DNA from: Octopus vulgaris
Taxonomy: Eukaryota
Assembly (NCBI GenBank): GCA_951406725.2
Contig: OX597839.1
Span: 18,414,001-18,478,000, forward strand
DNA: 64,000 nucleotides
Direction of reading: 5' to 3'
Position numbers and translations under genes: made by a program. Under the pieces are notes generated by a model. That model was not told the DNA's origin. It made no database searches and saw nothing but the letters and a program-made list of their open reading frames with translations. This document shows positions 51,646-64,000 of this stretch, in pieces; position 1 is the stretch's first letter; each line of letters starts with the position of its first letter.

Positions 51646-52994
51646 ATAGGCTTCTTTCAGTTTCTGTCTTCTGAATTCACTCACTGGAACTATAGTAGAA
51701 GACACTTGCCCAAGGAGCCTTGCAGTGGGACTGAACCTGGAACCATTGGTTTGACCAAAATGTTTGATCAAATAAGTACTAGGCTTGCTAAGAATAAGTC
51801 CTGGGGTCAATTTCTTTGTCTTAAAAAACTCATTAAGGGAGTGCTCCAGCATGGCTGCAGTCAAATGACTGAAACATGCTGGAACATTGCCTTTAGTTGA
51901 GAAAATCAATCCCTGGACTTATTCATAGTAAGCCTAGTACTTATTCTATTGTTCTCTTATGCCGAACCACTAAGTTACGTAGATGTAAATACAAGCAATG
52001 TTGCGGGGACAGACAGACAGACACACACACACACACACATACATGATGGGTTCCTTTCAGTTTCCGTCTGCCAAATTCACTCACAAGGCTTTGGTCAGTC
52101 CAAGGCTATGGTAGAAGACACTTGCCCAAGGTGCCATGCAGAGGGAGTGAACCTGGAACCATGTGGTTGGGAAGCAAGCTTCTTACCACACAGCCACTCC
52201 TATGCCTTTTTATATATAATATATAATATATATATATATGTGTGTGTAAAATGTTTATGTGTGTAGGAATCTGAAAATGATTAGTTATATTTTTAGTCCT
52301 AGATTTTCAGCGATGAAAGCCTATTAATATAAGATTCTTAACATTCAAATTCTAGTCAACACAGCACTGGGTCAGAAATTCATGAACTGAATTGAATTGA
52401 TAAATATGAAATGTTAGAGGGCAATATTGAAGGCCAAAGGCCAGTAAAAGTTTAAGCTTTCATGTTTAGTGCTTCATACAAGTATCAGTATAATATGTGC
52501 ATGTGTATATTACCCTCATCATCATCATCATCATCATCATTATCATCATCATCATCAACCTTATTTAATGTTCACTCCTCTATGCTTGCATGAGTCATTC
52601 AGAGTTTATTGAGCTAGTTTTTGCTATAGCTGGATGCCCTTCCAGTGACCAAGCTAGGTAATATTCCCCCATGGGGTCAGGCGTATTTTTTTTTGCAGAA
52701 TATTGGAAATGAATGAAATAATACTGCTTGTATGACAGTAACACTATCATGTGATGTCAAGGTCAAGACAAACAGACAAAAACATACTTCCTATTTCCTC
52801 TGGGTGTGCTATGCTTAAAAAATATTTACTTGTCATGATGTTTGTATATTGAGTATGATACACAAATGGCTCTTTTAATCTAATACTGCTTCTGTAGTAT
52901 ATGATGGATTTTTACTCTGCTGGGTGGCCATCTATAACACGCACACACAGACACACACACACACATGCATATGTATGCAATGGGTTTTTTTCAA

Positions 52995-53370
52995 TATCAT
53001 CATCATCGTTTAACATCTGCCTTCCATGATGGCATGAGTTAGACAGTTTGACAGGAGCTAGCCAGGTAGAAGACTGCACAAGGCTACTGTGTCTGTTTTG
53101 GTATGGTTTTTACAGCTGGATGCTCTTCCTAACACCAACCACACTGCAGAGTGGACCAAGTGCTTTTTACATGGCACCAGTACCGGCAAAGTCAGTTTTG
53201 GCAAGGTTTTTACTGCTGGATGCCCTTCCAAACACCAACCACTTCACAGTGTAGACAGGATGTCTTTTACATGGCACCAGCACCAGCAGGGTTACCAAGT
53301 AATTTGCAAGACAAGAAATCTTTGAGTGGAGAGGGGGCACTGGAGGAGGTGATCTTGTATTAGATGATAA
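52995..53370 (-). mobile_element. Family C RTE 3' UTR fragment
   Basis: Family C motifs. Confidence 0.75.
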
Positions 53371-54045
53371 AAATCTTTGGTCAGTCTGGGGCTGTAGGAG
53401 AAGCCACCCACCCAGAGTGCCATGCAATAGAACTAAACCCAAAACTTCACGGTTACGAAGTGAACTTCTTAATCACACAACCATGCTTGCACGTATACCA
53501 CAACTGTGCCTATTAATTTGTGATTGTTTATTCACTGTTTTCTTATATATCAGTGTTGACAAGATTTTGTTCAAGCATACTGAGTGTAAGTACATGTTAT
53601 TGATAATGCCCATGGACGCAGAAATGCATTTAATGTTCGCCTTTAGTACTGTGAGGATGAGTTCCATATTTTCCTGATATAAATGTGTTGTGCTTTTAAG
53701 TATTGTATGATAACCATCATCACCATCATTGTTTAATGTCCGCATTCCATGTTGGCATGGGTGGGTCTCCAGAAAAATACCGCAGTCAATTTTGCCTACC
53801 ATTATGTATTTTGATTAAATCTTTAGCATTCAGATTACTCTGTCGAATGTAATTCTTATTAATTCACATTGTTTTGAATTATTCATGCATTATCTTGTAG
53901 CATTGAGATTTCAATGATGGGATATTTTATTTTTAGAATGATATTGTTTGATAGGTGTGAGAGACTTGATCTGGCCAATAGAGGCCAATAGAATATATAT
54001 ATATATGTGTGTGTGTGTTTATGTATGTGTAATAAACATACATAC

Positions 54046-54093
<48 letters not shown>

Positions 54094-54899
54094 GTATATG
54101 TAATCTCTTCTACTCTAGGCACAAGGTCCAAAATTTTGGGGGAGGGGGGCCAATCGATTAGATCGACCCTAGCACTCAACTGGTACTGAATCTATTGACC
54201 CCCGAGAGGAAGAAAGGCAAAGTCAATGTCTGTGGAATTTGATATATATGTGTATATATATATATATATATACATACACATATATATATATACATATACA
54301 TACATACATATACATACACATATATGTATATATAGTATGTATATTTTTGCATACATATTGTTCTAAAAACTGATCTATGTTAGTAGTAGTTGTGACGCTT
54401 TTATTGTATCGCTATAAATAGCCAATGGACTTTGTTTTAATTTGTTGCCCGTTATACAATTAGCATCTATTATTTTAGTATTCATATAACATACAGCAAC
54501 AGCCATGGCAAATTGTAGTAGCAACGGAAGGAGGAGGAGGAGGATGAGGAGGAGAGAGAAGGAACAACATATGCATTGCTTATTCTCTTCAGAATTATGG
54601 TGAACGGCTGTTTGTGTGCATGGATTTGTATGTGTGGACACACACACACACAGAGCTTAGATAGAATATATGTTCTGTGTGTGTATGTGTCCCTATGTCT
54701 ATATATAGTTGTGTGTGGAGAAGTATATGTGTATAATGTTAAAAGACATTGTAAATGCACAAAGAAATGGAAAACAGAGGTCACCAAATCCACTTCAGTT
54801 CTCAGCCAGAGGGTCAAACGCAACATACATACATACACAGATGTTTATTTATATATACTTACATATGCATGCAGACATAGAAACACACACACACACACA

Positions 54900-55022
54900 C
54901 ACATGAAGTTAGAATATATGTTATGTGTGAATGTTAAAGTGTGTCTATATGTGTGTGCATCTGTATATAACTGTGCGTGCGTGCGTGTGTGTGTGTGTGT
55001 GTGTCTGTACGCACACACACAC

Positions 55023-55066
<44 letters not shown>

Positions 55067-55400
55067 GCACATATACTGTCTCTCACACACACACAAACAC
55101 TCACACACATGAAGTTTGAATATATTTTGCATGTGTGAATGTTAAAGTGTGTCTATATGTGTGTGTGTATCTGTATATAACTCTGTGTGTGTGTGTGTGT
55201 GTGTACACACACACACACATATATATACATACACACATGCACATATACTGTCTCACACACACTCACACACATGAACTTAGAATATATTTTGCATGTGTGA
55301 ATGTTAGTGTGTCTATATGTGTGTGTATCTGTGTGTGTGTGTCTGTACACGCATGCACATATATATATATATATATATACATGCATATACATTCACACAC
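54900..55400. repeat. Three ~160-205-bp tandem units built of microsatellite plus a unique core
   Basis: CATGAA(G/C)TT..AATATAT..ATGTGTGAATGTTA recurs at about 54903, 55108 and 55270. Confidence 0.75.
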
Positions 55401-55994
55401 ATGCACACACACACATGCACACACACACACACACATATACACACACATGTGGCTGTGGCTGTATGTATTTCTGTTTCGCCTTCTTTCTTTAGAAGACAGA
55501 AAACGATAGAGATTTAGTGAGGGCATATGTATGTTTGTGTACAAGTGGTGCACGTGTATGAACGAAGGTCTGCGCTTCTCTGTTGTTTTATGTTACACTT
55601 TCAGTATTGATTTACATGCCACGATGTTGGCATCATGTCAGGAAAAGCAGTATTATTACAATTTATTCGTTCACTTGTGTATCAGTTGGTACCAGCAAGC
55701 CTTTGTTTTCTTTTTCCTTCCTTCCTTCCTTTCTTTCTTTTGTATTTTTTAATTTTTTTTTTATTTCTAATCATTTCATGACTTCTTGTGCACTGGACGG
55801 TGTGAAAGTGAGAAACTGGTGGTGGTGGTGGTGGTGGTAGTGGTTGTTATGTCGTACCAGGTCAACCATGATAAAACATATTGGATGTTGCTTTTGTTGT
55901 TGTTGTTGTTTTGTCCAAGGTGAGCTTTGAATGAAGAGACCTATGACTGAAGGCATTCCACTTTTTGTTTTTTTTTGTTTTATGCAATGAACAT

Positions 55995-56152
55995 GCGTGG
56001 CTGTGTGGTAAGAAGCTCGCTTCCGAACCACATGGTTGCAGGGTTCAGTCCCACTGCGTGGCACCTTGGGCAAGTGTCTTCTACTATAGCCTCGGGCTGA
56101 CCAAAGCCTTGGGAGTGGATTTGGTAGATGGAAACTGAAAGAAGCCCGTCTA

Positions 56153-56201
<49 letters not shown>

Positions 56202-56945
56202 TTGTGTGTCTGTGTTTGTCCCCCTAGCATCGCTTGACAACTGATGCTGGTGTGTTTATGTCCCCGTCACTTAACGGTTCGGCAAAAGAGACCGATAGAA
56301 TAAGTACTGGGCTTACAAAAGAATAAGTCCCGGGGTCGAGTTGCTCGATTAAAGGCGGTGCTCCAGCATGGCCGCAGTCAAATGACTGAAACAAGTAAAA
56401 GAGTAAAGAGAGAACATGCGTGGCTGTGTGGTAAGAAGCTCGCTTCCGAACCACATGGTTGCAGGGTTTCAGTCCCACTCAATGCTATCGTGGACAAGTG
56501 TCTTCTACCATAACTTCGGGCTGACCAAAGCCTTGTTAGTGGATTTGGTTGACAGAAACTGAAAGAAATCCATCAAGAGACTTGATTCCCAACCACATGG
56601 TTCTGGGTTCAGTCCCACTCAGTGTCAACTTGGGCAAGTATCTTCTACTATAGCCTTCAGTTGACTAAAGCCTTGTGAGTGGATTTGGTAGGCAGAAACT
56701 GAAAGAAGCCTGTTGCGTATATGTGTGTGTTTGTGGCCCGCTCCCCCAACACAGCTTGACAACCAGTGTTAGTGTGTTTACATCCCCGTAACATAGCCGT
56801 TTGGTAAAAGAGACCGATAGAATAAGTACTAGGTTTAAAATAAAAATGAGTATTGGGGTCAATCCCATTTGACTGAAAATTCTTCAAGGCAGTGCCCCAG
56901 CCTGGTCGCAGTCTAATGATTGGACTGAAATGAGTAAAAGGTAAA
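55995..56945 (+). mobile_element. Cluster of three tandem SINE A copies
   Basis: Heads at about 55995, 56418 and 56580. Confidence 0.85.
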
Positions 56946-57259
56946 AAGATAGAACTCACAACTATGTCATTTAAGAGTATGAGGTTTTCTTACGCAGTTG
57001 TTTTGGTGCCATCTATTTAGCATTGGTAATTCGATGCTGACTTAAGTGACATCAGATGTTTTGATGTTTCTCTACTCCTTCTCTTCCTCCTTTCCACACA
57101 TGGTACGTTTGTGTGTACGAGCATATTTCCTCTTTATGCATATGTGGAAGGAGACATTGTTCATATCAATCATCTTCAATTAATAAATTGTAATCTCTGT
57201 CTGTGTGTCTCTCTCTCTGTCTCTGTCTGTCTGTCTGTTTGTCTCTCTCTCTCTCTCTG

Positions 57260-57865
57260 TCAAACAAATCGACCCCAGAACTTTAGTCGAACAAATTGAC
57301 CCCAGGACTTATTCTTTGTAAGCTTAGTACTTATTCTATCGGTCACTTTTGCCAAACCCCTAAATTACGGGGACGTAAACATACCAACATTAGTTGTCAA
57401 GTGACAGTGTGGGGACAAACACAGACACACAAACATATACATATATACAACGGGCTTCTTTTCAGTTTCCATTTACCAAAGCCACTCACAAGGCTTTGCT
57501 TGGCCTGAGGCTATAGTAGAAGACACTTGCCCAAGGTGCTACGCAGTGGAACTGAACCCAGAACCATGTGGTTGGGAAGCAAGCTTCTTACCACACAGCC
57601 ACACACACTCACGCACACACACGTATGTATGTATGTATGTATGTATGTATATCTAAGTGTTTGTGTCCACACCATCGCTTGACAACCAATGTTGGTGTGT
57701 TTATGTCCCTATAACTTAGTGGTTCAGCAAAAGATACTGATAGAGTAAGTATTAGGCTTACAAAGAATAAGTTCTGGGGTTGATTTCTTTAACTAAAAAG
57801 AGAAAAACCTTCTAAGGTGGTGCTCCAGCATGGCTGCAGTCACATGACTGAAACAAATAAAAGAA
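57260..57865. mobile_element. SINE A (minus strand) followed by a SINE A 3' half (plus strand)
   Basis: Matches the family A consensus. Confidence 0.8.
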
Positions 57866-58236
57866 TATATATACAGGGCTGAGAGGCACTAAACTTTACC
57901 CTTCAAGGGCAATGCTCCAGCGTGGCCACAATCCAATGACTGAAACAAGTAAAAGACAAAAAGAAAAAGAACTATTCAGCAAGTGAAAAGGATTTAGATA
58001 AAATTTAGTTTTTGGAGATTTCTGCTACTAATTGGTGAAAGTCGTTAACCATTTAGATCTCAAATATCAGCCTAATTAGCTGGAAAAACTCTTTTGGGAA
58101 TAGATTTTATTTTTTTTTATATTATAATCTATTTTGGCCTTCATAATTAGGTTAAGGCTTAACTGCAGTTGAATCACATCTTGACCTGGCTTACACTGAA
58201 ATGTATGTATGTATATATATGTGTACTTGTATGTGA

Positions 58237-58287
<51 letters not shown>

Positions 58288-58877
58288 AATATGTATATGT
58301 GTATCTATGTATTTAGATGTGTGTGTATATTTATATATATGTGTGTATATATGTATATGTGCATGTATATATTTGTGTGTGTGCGTATATATATATATAT
58401 ATATATATTTATATGTGTTTGTGTGTGTGTATATATATTTATACGTTCATGTATATATGTGTATATATGCATATGTGTGTGCATACACACGTATATATAA
58501 TTGTGTGTGTGTATATATGTATGTATTTATATGCACACACACACACATATATATATATACACAGACACATACATATATGTATGTATGTATATATATATAT
58601 TGTTTTATAATTTGTTTTTATGTATTTGCTGAAGTGCCTTGAAGAGAGTTTAATGGATTTATTGAAATCTCTGCATTGTTTCAATGTTCTTTTTTCTTGT
58701 TCTTTATCATTTTACTCTGTTGCTTTCTTCAACAACCTATTCACTAATTGGTAGGTCATGTGTGTATGAATGAGATCGTCATGGGGTTGGATTTGTAGGG
58801 CTTGTTCTTACTTTAGTGGGTTTGCAGCATTGAACTCTTCCTCTGGATTGTACATAAGTAGCATTTTTTTAAAAATT

Positions 58878-59272
58878 AGGAGTGGCTGTGTGGTAAGTAG
58901 CTTGTTTACCAACCACATGGTTCCGGGTTCAGTCCCACTGCGTGGCACCTTGGGCAAGTGTTTTCCACTATAGCCTAGGGCCAACCAAAACCTTGTGAGT
59001 GGATTTGGTAGACGGAAACTGAAAGAAGCCCATTGTATATATGTATATATATATATGTGTGTGTTTGTGTGTCTGTGTTTGTGCCCCTAGCATTGCTTGA
59101 CAACCGATGCTGGTGTGTTTACGTCCCCGTAACTTAGCGGTTCGGCAAAAGAGACCGATAGAATGAGTATTGGGCTTACATAAGAATAAGTCCTGGGATC
59201 AATTTGCTCGACTAAAAGGTGGTGCTCCAGCATGGCCACAGTCAGATGACTGAAACAAGTAAAAGAGTAAAA
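58878..59272 (+). mobile_element. SINE family A, full length
   Basis: Matches the family A consensus. Confidence 0.9.
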
Positions 59273-59281
59273 GAGAGTAGA

Positions 59282-59320
<39 letters not shown>

Positions 59321-59323
<3 letters not shown>

Positions 59324-59746
59324 AAGGGTGAAATTAATTAATTAGGGATAATTATCAATTACACCAAGTAGATTTCGGCATGTAAAAGCCCCATTCGAGG
59401 AAAATTTAAGTAATACTAAGTAATTAAGGGTTTAGCAATTATTCATAATTGTGGTATCCTGCGCCGATGAGAGAAGAAGTTTGGGTAAAGTAGAATTTTC
59501 TAATTCTTATGCTATCCTAAAACTTGATCTCGAAACGTACGTCCGTAGGTAACTTAAAATTGCATGATAGATTGCCGTCATTTCATTCTTTCTTTCTTAC
59601 CTGTCTGTGTTTGCCTTTCAAGTGCTGTGTCTTTACTGAGATCCCCCTTTTAGTAGAAGGAATAGCTATATCTCTTTGACTGCTATTTCTAAATTCGGTG
59701 TGTTGGTGAGGCAATTCGTTGCTAAACCCTTAATTACTTAGTATTA

Positions 59747-59750
<4 letters not shown>
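59321..59750 (+). mobile_element. Penelope-like fragment between (TA)n tracts with a 32-bp perfect inverted repeat
   Basis: 59407-59438 is the reverse complement of 59719-59750. The fragment contains a hammerhead motif. Confidence 0.7.
59458..59549 (+). ncRNA. Type I hammerhead ribozyme-like motif (U4C core variant, long stem II)
   Basis: CCTGCG - CCGATGA - GAGA...TCTC - GAA - ACGTACGT - C - CGTAGG. Cleavage triplet is GUC. Confidence 0.7.
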
Positions 59751-59792
<42 letters not shown>

Positions 59793-61499
59793 TATATATT
59801 GTGTGTATTTGTAATCATCTAACATTTTCTCCGTTTTCTCCGTTTTCTCATTTTTTGGGTCCGTGTTGTCATACATATTTGCTTTCTTGCTAAAATTCAA
59901 TGCCATGAGATTAGATTTTTGGGGCCTACCAGTTTTGAACAGTCTCAAGTGTAACAGGCCAAAGCTGTATTGATGATTGGAAGCTTGACTTTAAGGGTGT
60001 CATAAAAGGCCTGGTTTGAGGCCCAACCTTCTGAGTTCTTTTACAGGGCTTAGAAAAACTGAAGGACCGCTTCAATTTCTCATTGTAAAATGCCAAGGCT
60101 GATTCCTTCTGATGGTGCATTGTTTTTAAACTTCCTTTAGGACCCGTCTGATCTTGCAGTTTATTTCTTGGCTACTTAGAGTGTAAAGTACAAGACATGA
60201 CTGTGCCAAGCTGTGTCTGTGTCTGTTTTGGTGTAGTTTCTATGACTGGATGCCTTTCCTCATGCCAACCACTTCACAGAGTGTCCTGGGGACTTTTTAT
60301 GTAGTGCCAGCAGCACTGAGGTCACCAAGTTACTTACCCATTTACAGCAGAGCATAGTGGATCGATATGAAGTGAAGTGTTTCATCTCTTTGGGATTGAA
60401 ACCACAATGTTTAACCACGAAGCTATGCACCATTGCCTCAGCTGGCCGTATCCAGCTAAAATATTCTCACTGTTTTACGTTCAAAATGGCCAGATTCAGC
60501 CTTTCACACTTGTCCTACAATGTCATTCAAAAAATAAACAATCACATCATCAAAATCTCAAAGCTACAAGATGATAAATGATTCGTTTACAGTAATTTGG
60601 ATAAATATACACGACATTCGTCAGAGTAACCTGAATGCTAAAGGATTAATTAACAAAAAGACACATCTTCAATTAGTGTACTCCTATACACCCCTAAAAA
60701 TGACAGGACTAAGATTATAATAGTTTCCCTAAACGAGATAGTTGTACATCACAGGATTACCCATTTACACCTGAATCAAGGTGAAATGAAGTGTTTTGCT
60801 CAAGAATACACTTGGTCTGGGAATTGAAACAAAAATCGTGGAACTGAGAGTGCAATGCCTTAACTTGGGGGTCTGCGAACTGGTGTAAATTACCTCAAGT
60901 GGGGTAAAAATGAAATTCTTGGTGGGTAGTGAGGATGCATTAGATGTTTGTGAAATCACATAAAAAACGAGTTCCTTGTTACAACAGAAATTTTTCTTCT
61001 TGCAACATTGCATCTGTCCAGTGTAATGGATGTGTAAATAGATTCCATAAACCTTTTGAATTCAAAGAATCTATGATTTTCTTCCTTTCAAATCAAGTGG
61101 GGTGATGTTGGCGTAAATAAATATATTTTGGGGTAATTGGGTAAAACAGTTCTCCGACCCCTGCCTTAACCACTAGGCTATGCACCTTCACCTAATTACA
61201 ATTACTGGATGGTTATGGCTGGAGTGTCCTTTGACCTTGTGCATATTGTGTCAGGATTGTTGTGAAAGCTAAACAACAACAACAACAGCAACAACAATAA
61301 ACTTCATTTGTTTCTGTTCTTTGATATTTCTTGCTTTCTTCTCAATTGCATGGCCTAACTGTCTGTAATAAGATCTTGCCAATCTGTTGTAAAACTTTTG
61401 ATGTTTACTGAAAGAAGTCCGTTAATAAGAGCAATTAATTATGTCTGATGAATGATGAACTCTTGTATGTCTTCTTCAATAATAATAATAATAATGATG

Positions 61500-62065
61500 A
61501 TGATAAATGCCCTGATGCAGTACCAGGCAGTGACTCTCATGGCTTCTGATCTTAACTGATTGGAAGTGTTATCATGTACATTGTCTTGTTTTGGTATAAA
61601 AGATGGGCTACAGTAAATATTCTGCACAATACCACAGATTTGCTTGTCAGTTGTTTGACCTTAACCAGTTGTCCATGCCCCGTAGTGGCTGACAATATAT
61701 GCATATCTGATCATGGGCAGAAGTAGTGGGGGAGCATCATAGCCATATGTTGAAAGGAATTCTTTGGGGCTTGGATAATTCATCTTTGGAAACATGGGTG
61801 TTTTATTCAACATCCTTAAACAACCCTTATTCAGGGACCTTTTGAGCAGGATGGGCTACTCGACCTGAAGAAAATTCTAACTGGGCCCCACCTGCAAGGT
61901 CATGCGCTGTTTATCTTGATATGAGATCGCCATGTTGCACACATATGTTTGTGATGAATGTGCCTGGTGTACCCTTATCAGACGGGTAGTCAAGATGGGT
62001 ATACTGGGCTTCGTTTATATTTTATCCCAGTGTCACTTTGATGGCATGAACTGCTCTCTCACTCA
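61500..62065. mobile_element. Probable interspersed element lying within an (AAT)n tract
   Basis: About 560 bp of balanced-GC sequence bounded by AATAAT on both sides. It is single-copy here, so repeat status is inferred. Confidence 0.35.
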
Positions 62066-62069
62066 ATAA

Positions 62070-62280
62070 TCATCATCATCATCGTTGTTTAATGTCTGCT
62101 TTCCATGCTAGCATGGGTTGGTTGGTTTAACTGGGGTCTGGGAAGCCAGGAGGCTGCACCAGGCCCAGTCTGATCTGGCAGTGTTTCTACAATTGGATGC
62201 CCTTCCTAACGCCAACCACTCCATGAGTGTAGTGGGTGCTTTTTATGTGCCACCGGCACAGGTGCCAGACGAGGCTGGCA
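62070..62280 (-). mobile_element. Family C RTE 3' UTR fragment
   Basis: Matches 3712-4000. Confidence 0.8.
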
Positions 62281-62694
62281 AATAATAATAATAATAATAA
62301 TAATAATTTCTTTATTGGCACAAAGCCAGCGATTTTGGGAGGTAGGTAAGTTGATTACATCGACCTCAGTACTTGACTGGTACTTATTTTATTGACTCTA
62401 AAAAAGCTGAAAGGCAAAGTTGATGTTGGTAGAATTTGAACTCAGAACATCTTCAAGATGGACGAAATGCTGCTAAGCATTTTGCCAGGTGTGCTAACGA
62501 TTCTGCCAGCCCACCACCTTAATAATAGTTATAATAATGATCATCCTTTCTATTAAACGTCACAAGTCCTGAAATTTTGTGGGAAATTTTGTGTTTCATT
62601 GGTACTTAATTTATCAACCCTGATAGGATGAAAGGCAATGGGCCAACTTTGTCACATTCTGTGCCATGTTGAATCTCTGTGAGAACTATGTTAA

Positions 62695-62914
62695 CCCTTT
62701 CGTTACCAACTCGGCTGAAACCAGCTCTGGCTCTGAGTACAAATGTCTTGTTTTCATGAGTTTTGAATTAAAATCTTCCACTAAACCTTAGTCACAGTTT
62801 ATGTTCCTAAAACTAGCTGAATGATAACTAAGTTATTTTACTAAATTCTTTGCTTTGTTTAAAGTAATTGAAAGAAACACAGAACATCTCAAAATAAATA
62901 CATTAACAAAAGGA
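62695..62914. mobile_element. piggyBac-type MITE inside SINE F (62640-63030)
   Basis: TTAA at 62691 and 62915. SINE F sequence continues on both sides. Confidence 0.8.
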
Positions 62915-63159
62915 TTAAGGGTACATGTGCTTGTGGAGTGCTCAGCTACTTAAACATTAATTTCACAAGCTGTTCCATTGATTGGATGAACTGGAACCTT
63001 AATTGTTGTAAGTGACGGAGTACCAGTTCAAAGTTTGATTTTATTCAGTAGGGCTCTAATTTGTAAACATGAACATTTTACTGTAACAAGCAGCTCATAT
63101 TAAGAAAAAAAAGAATTTAAAAAAAAGTGAACAAGATGGATACAGTTCTCTTTTCTCTT

Positions 63160-63556
63160 TTTCTCTTTTACTTGTTTCAGCCATTTGACTGCGGCCATGC
63201 TGGAGCACCGCCTTTAGTCATGCAACTCAACCCCGGGACTTATTCTTTGTAAACCCAGTACTTATTCTATCGGTCTCTTTTGCTGAACCGCTAAGTGACG
63301 GGGATATAAACACACCAGCATCGGTTGTCAAGCAATGCTAGGGGGACAAACACAGACACACAGACATACACGCACACATATATACATATATACGACGGGC
63401 TTCTTTAAGTTTCGGTCTACCAAATCCACTCACAAGGCTTTGGTCGGCCCAAGGCTCTGATAGATGACACTTGCCCAAGGTGCCACATAGTGGGACTGAA
63501 CCCGGAACCATGTGGTTGGTAAGCAAGCTACTTACCACACAGCCACTCCTGTGCCT
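63160..63556 (-). mobile_element. SINE family A, full length
   Basis: Reverse complement of the family A consensus. Confidence 0.9.
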
Positions 63557-64000
63557 ATTCTGAAAAGTAGCACAGTCATCTGTTTGTGACCCCATACGGC
63601 AATCTCGCTTGTCTAAAGACTATTTAGTTATGTAGTTTCAGTTTCATATTTGACAGTCCGGACAACGAAGGAAAAAATGTGGAAAAAAAAAAATACCAAA
63701 AGACACTATAAGTGATGATGTTTATTGATTTTGACTATTTAATTTGATTGATGTTAGAATCTCAGTGCCCGATTGTGAATAGTTTCATTTTGCTGTTTCA
63801 ATTCTCTTATGTCATAATGTCTCGATTTCATTGTGGCTGGCTCTGGCCACTAGCATTGTTCTCTTTTTCTACATTTGCATTTTATTAGTTTTTTTGTTTG
63901 TTTTTGTAATTTTTTTTTTACATGGCATTATGCTTTTTTTCCCCCCACTTCAACACAACATCTTTCTCTCTCTCTCTTCTCTTCTTTCTGTCTTTCCATC

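Noticed and set aside
59748-60120. Short minus-strand ORFs as an exon or transposase
   Set aside because: No recognisable motif or convincing splice pair.

Overview
AT-rich, repeat-saturated eukaryotic DNA. The SINE, LINE and microsatellite repertoire looks like an octopus (coleoid cephalopod) genome; this is an inference from repeat recognition. It is mostly intronic or intergenic. Almost all listed ORFs are microsatellite or SINE artefacts, and I see only one plausible host coding exon (7834-7945, minus strand). The window holds dozens of tRNA-headed SINEs, 5'-truncated RTE and R4-like LINE ends, a Gypsy remnant, piggyBac-, pogo- and hAT-type MITEs, a Helitron-like element and several nested insertions. 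Three observations stand out. (1) There are five hammerhead-ribozyme-like motifs from four different sequence families in small Penelope-like elements, each with a palindromic (or CpG-decayed palindromic) stem III; one has a G3-C8 swapped core and one a U4C core. (2) A 27 x 103-bp satellite with higher-order structure has grown inside a TSD-flanked RTE fragment. (3) The same piggyBac MITE has inserted twice, in opposite orientations, at the same TTAA of one SINE family. All coordinates were read by eye and element edges are approximate.
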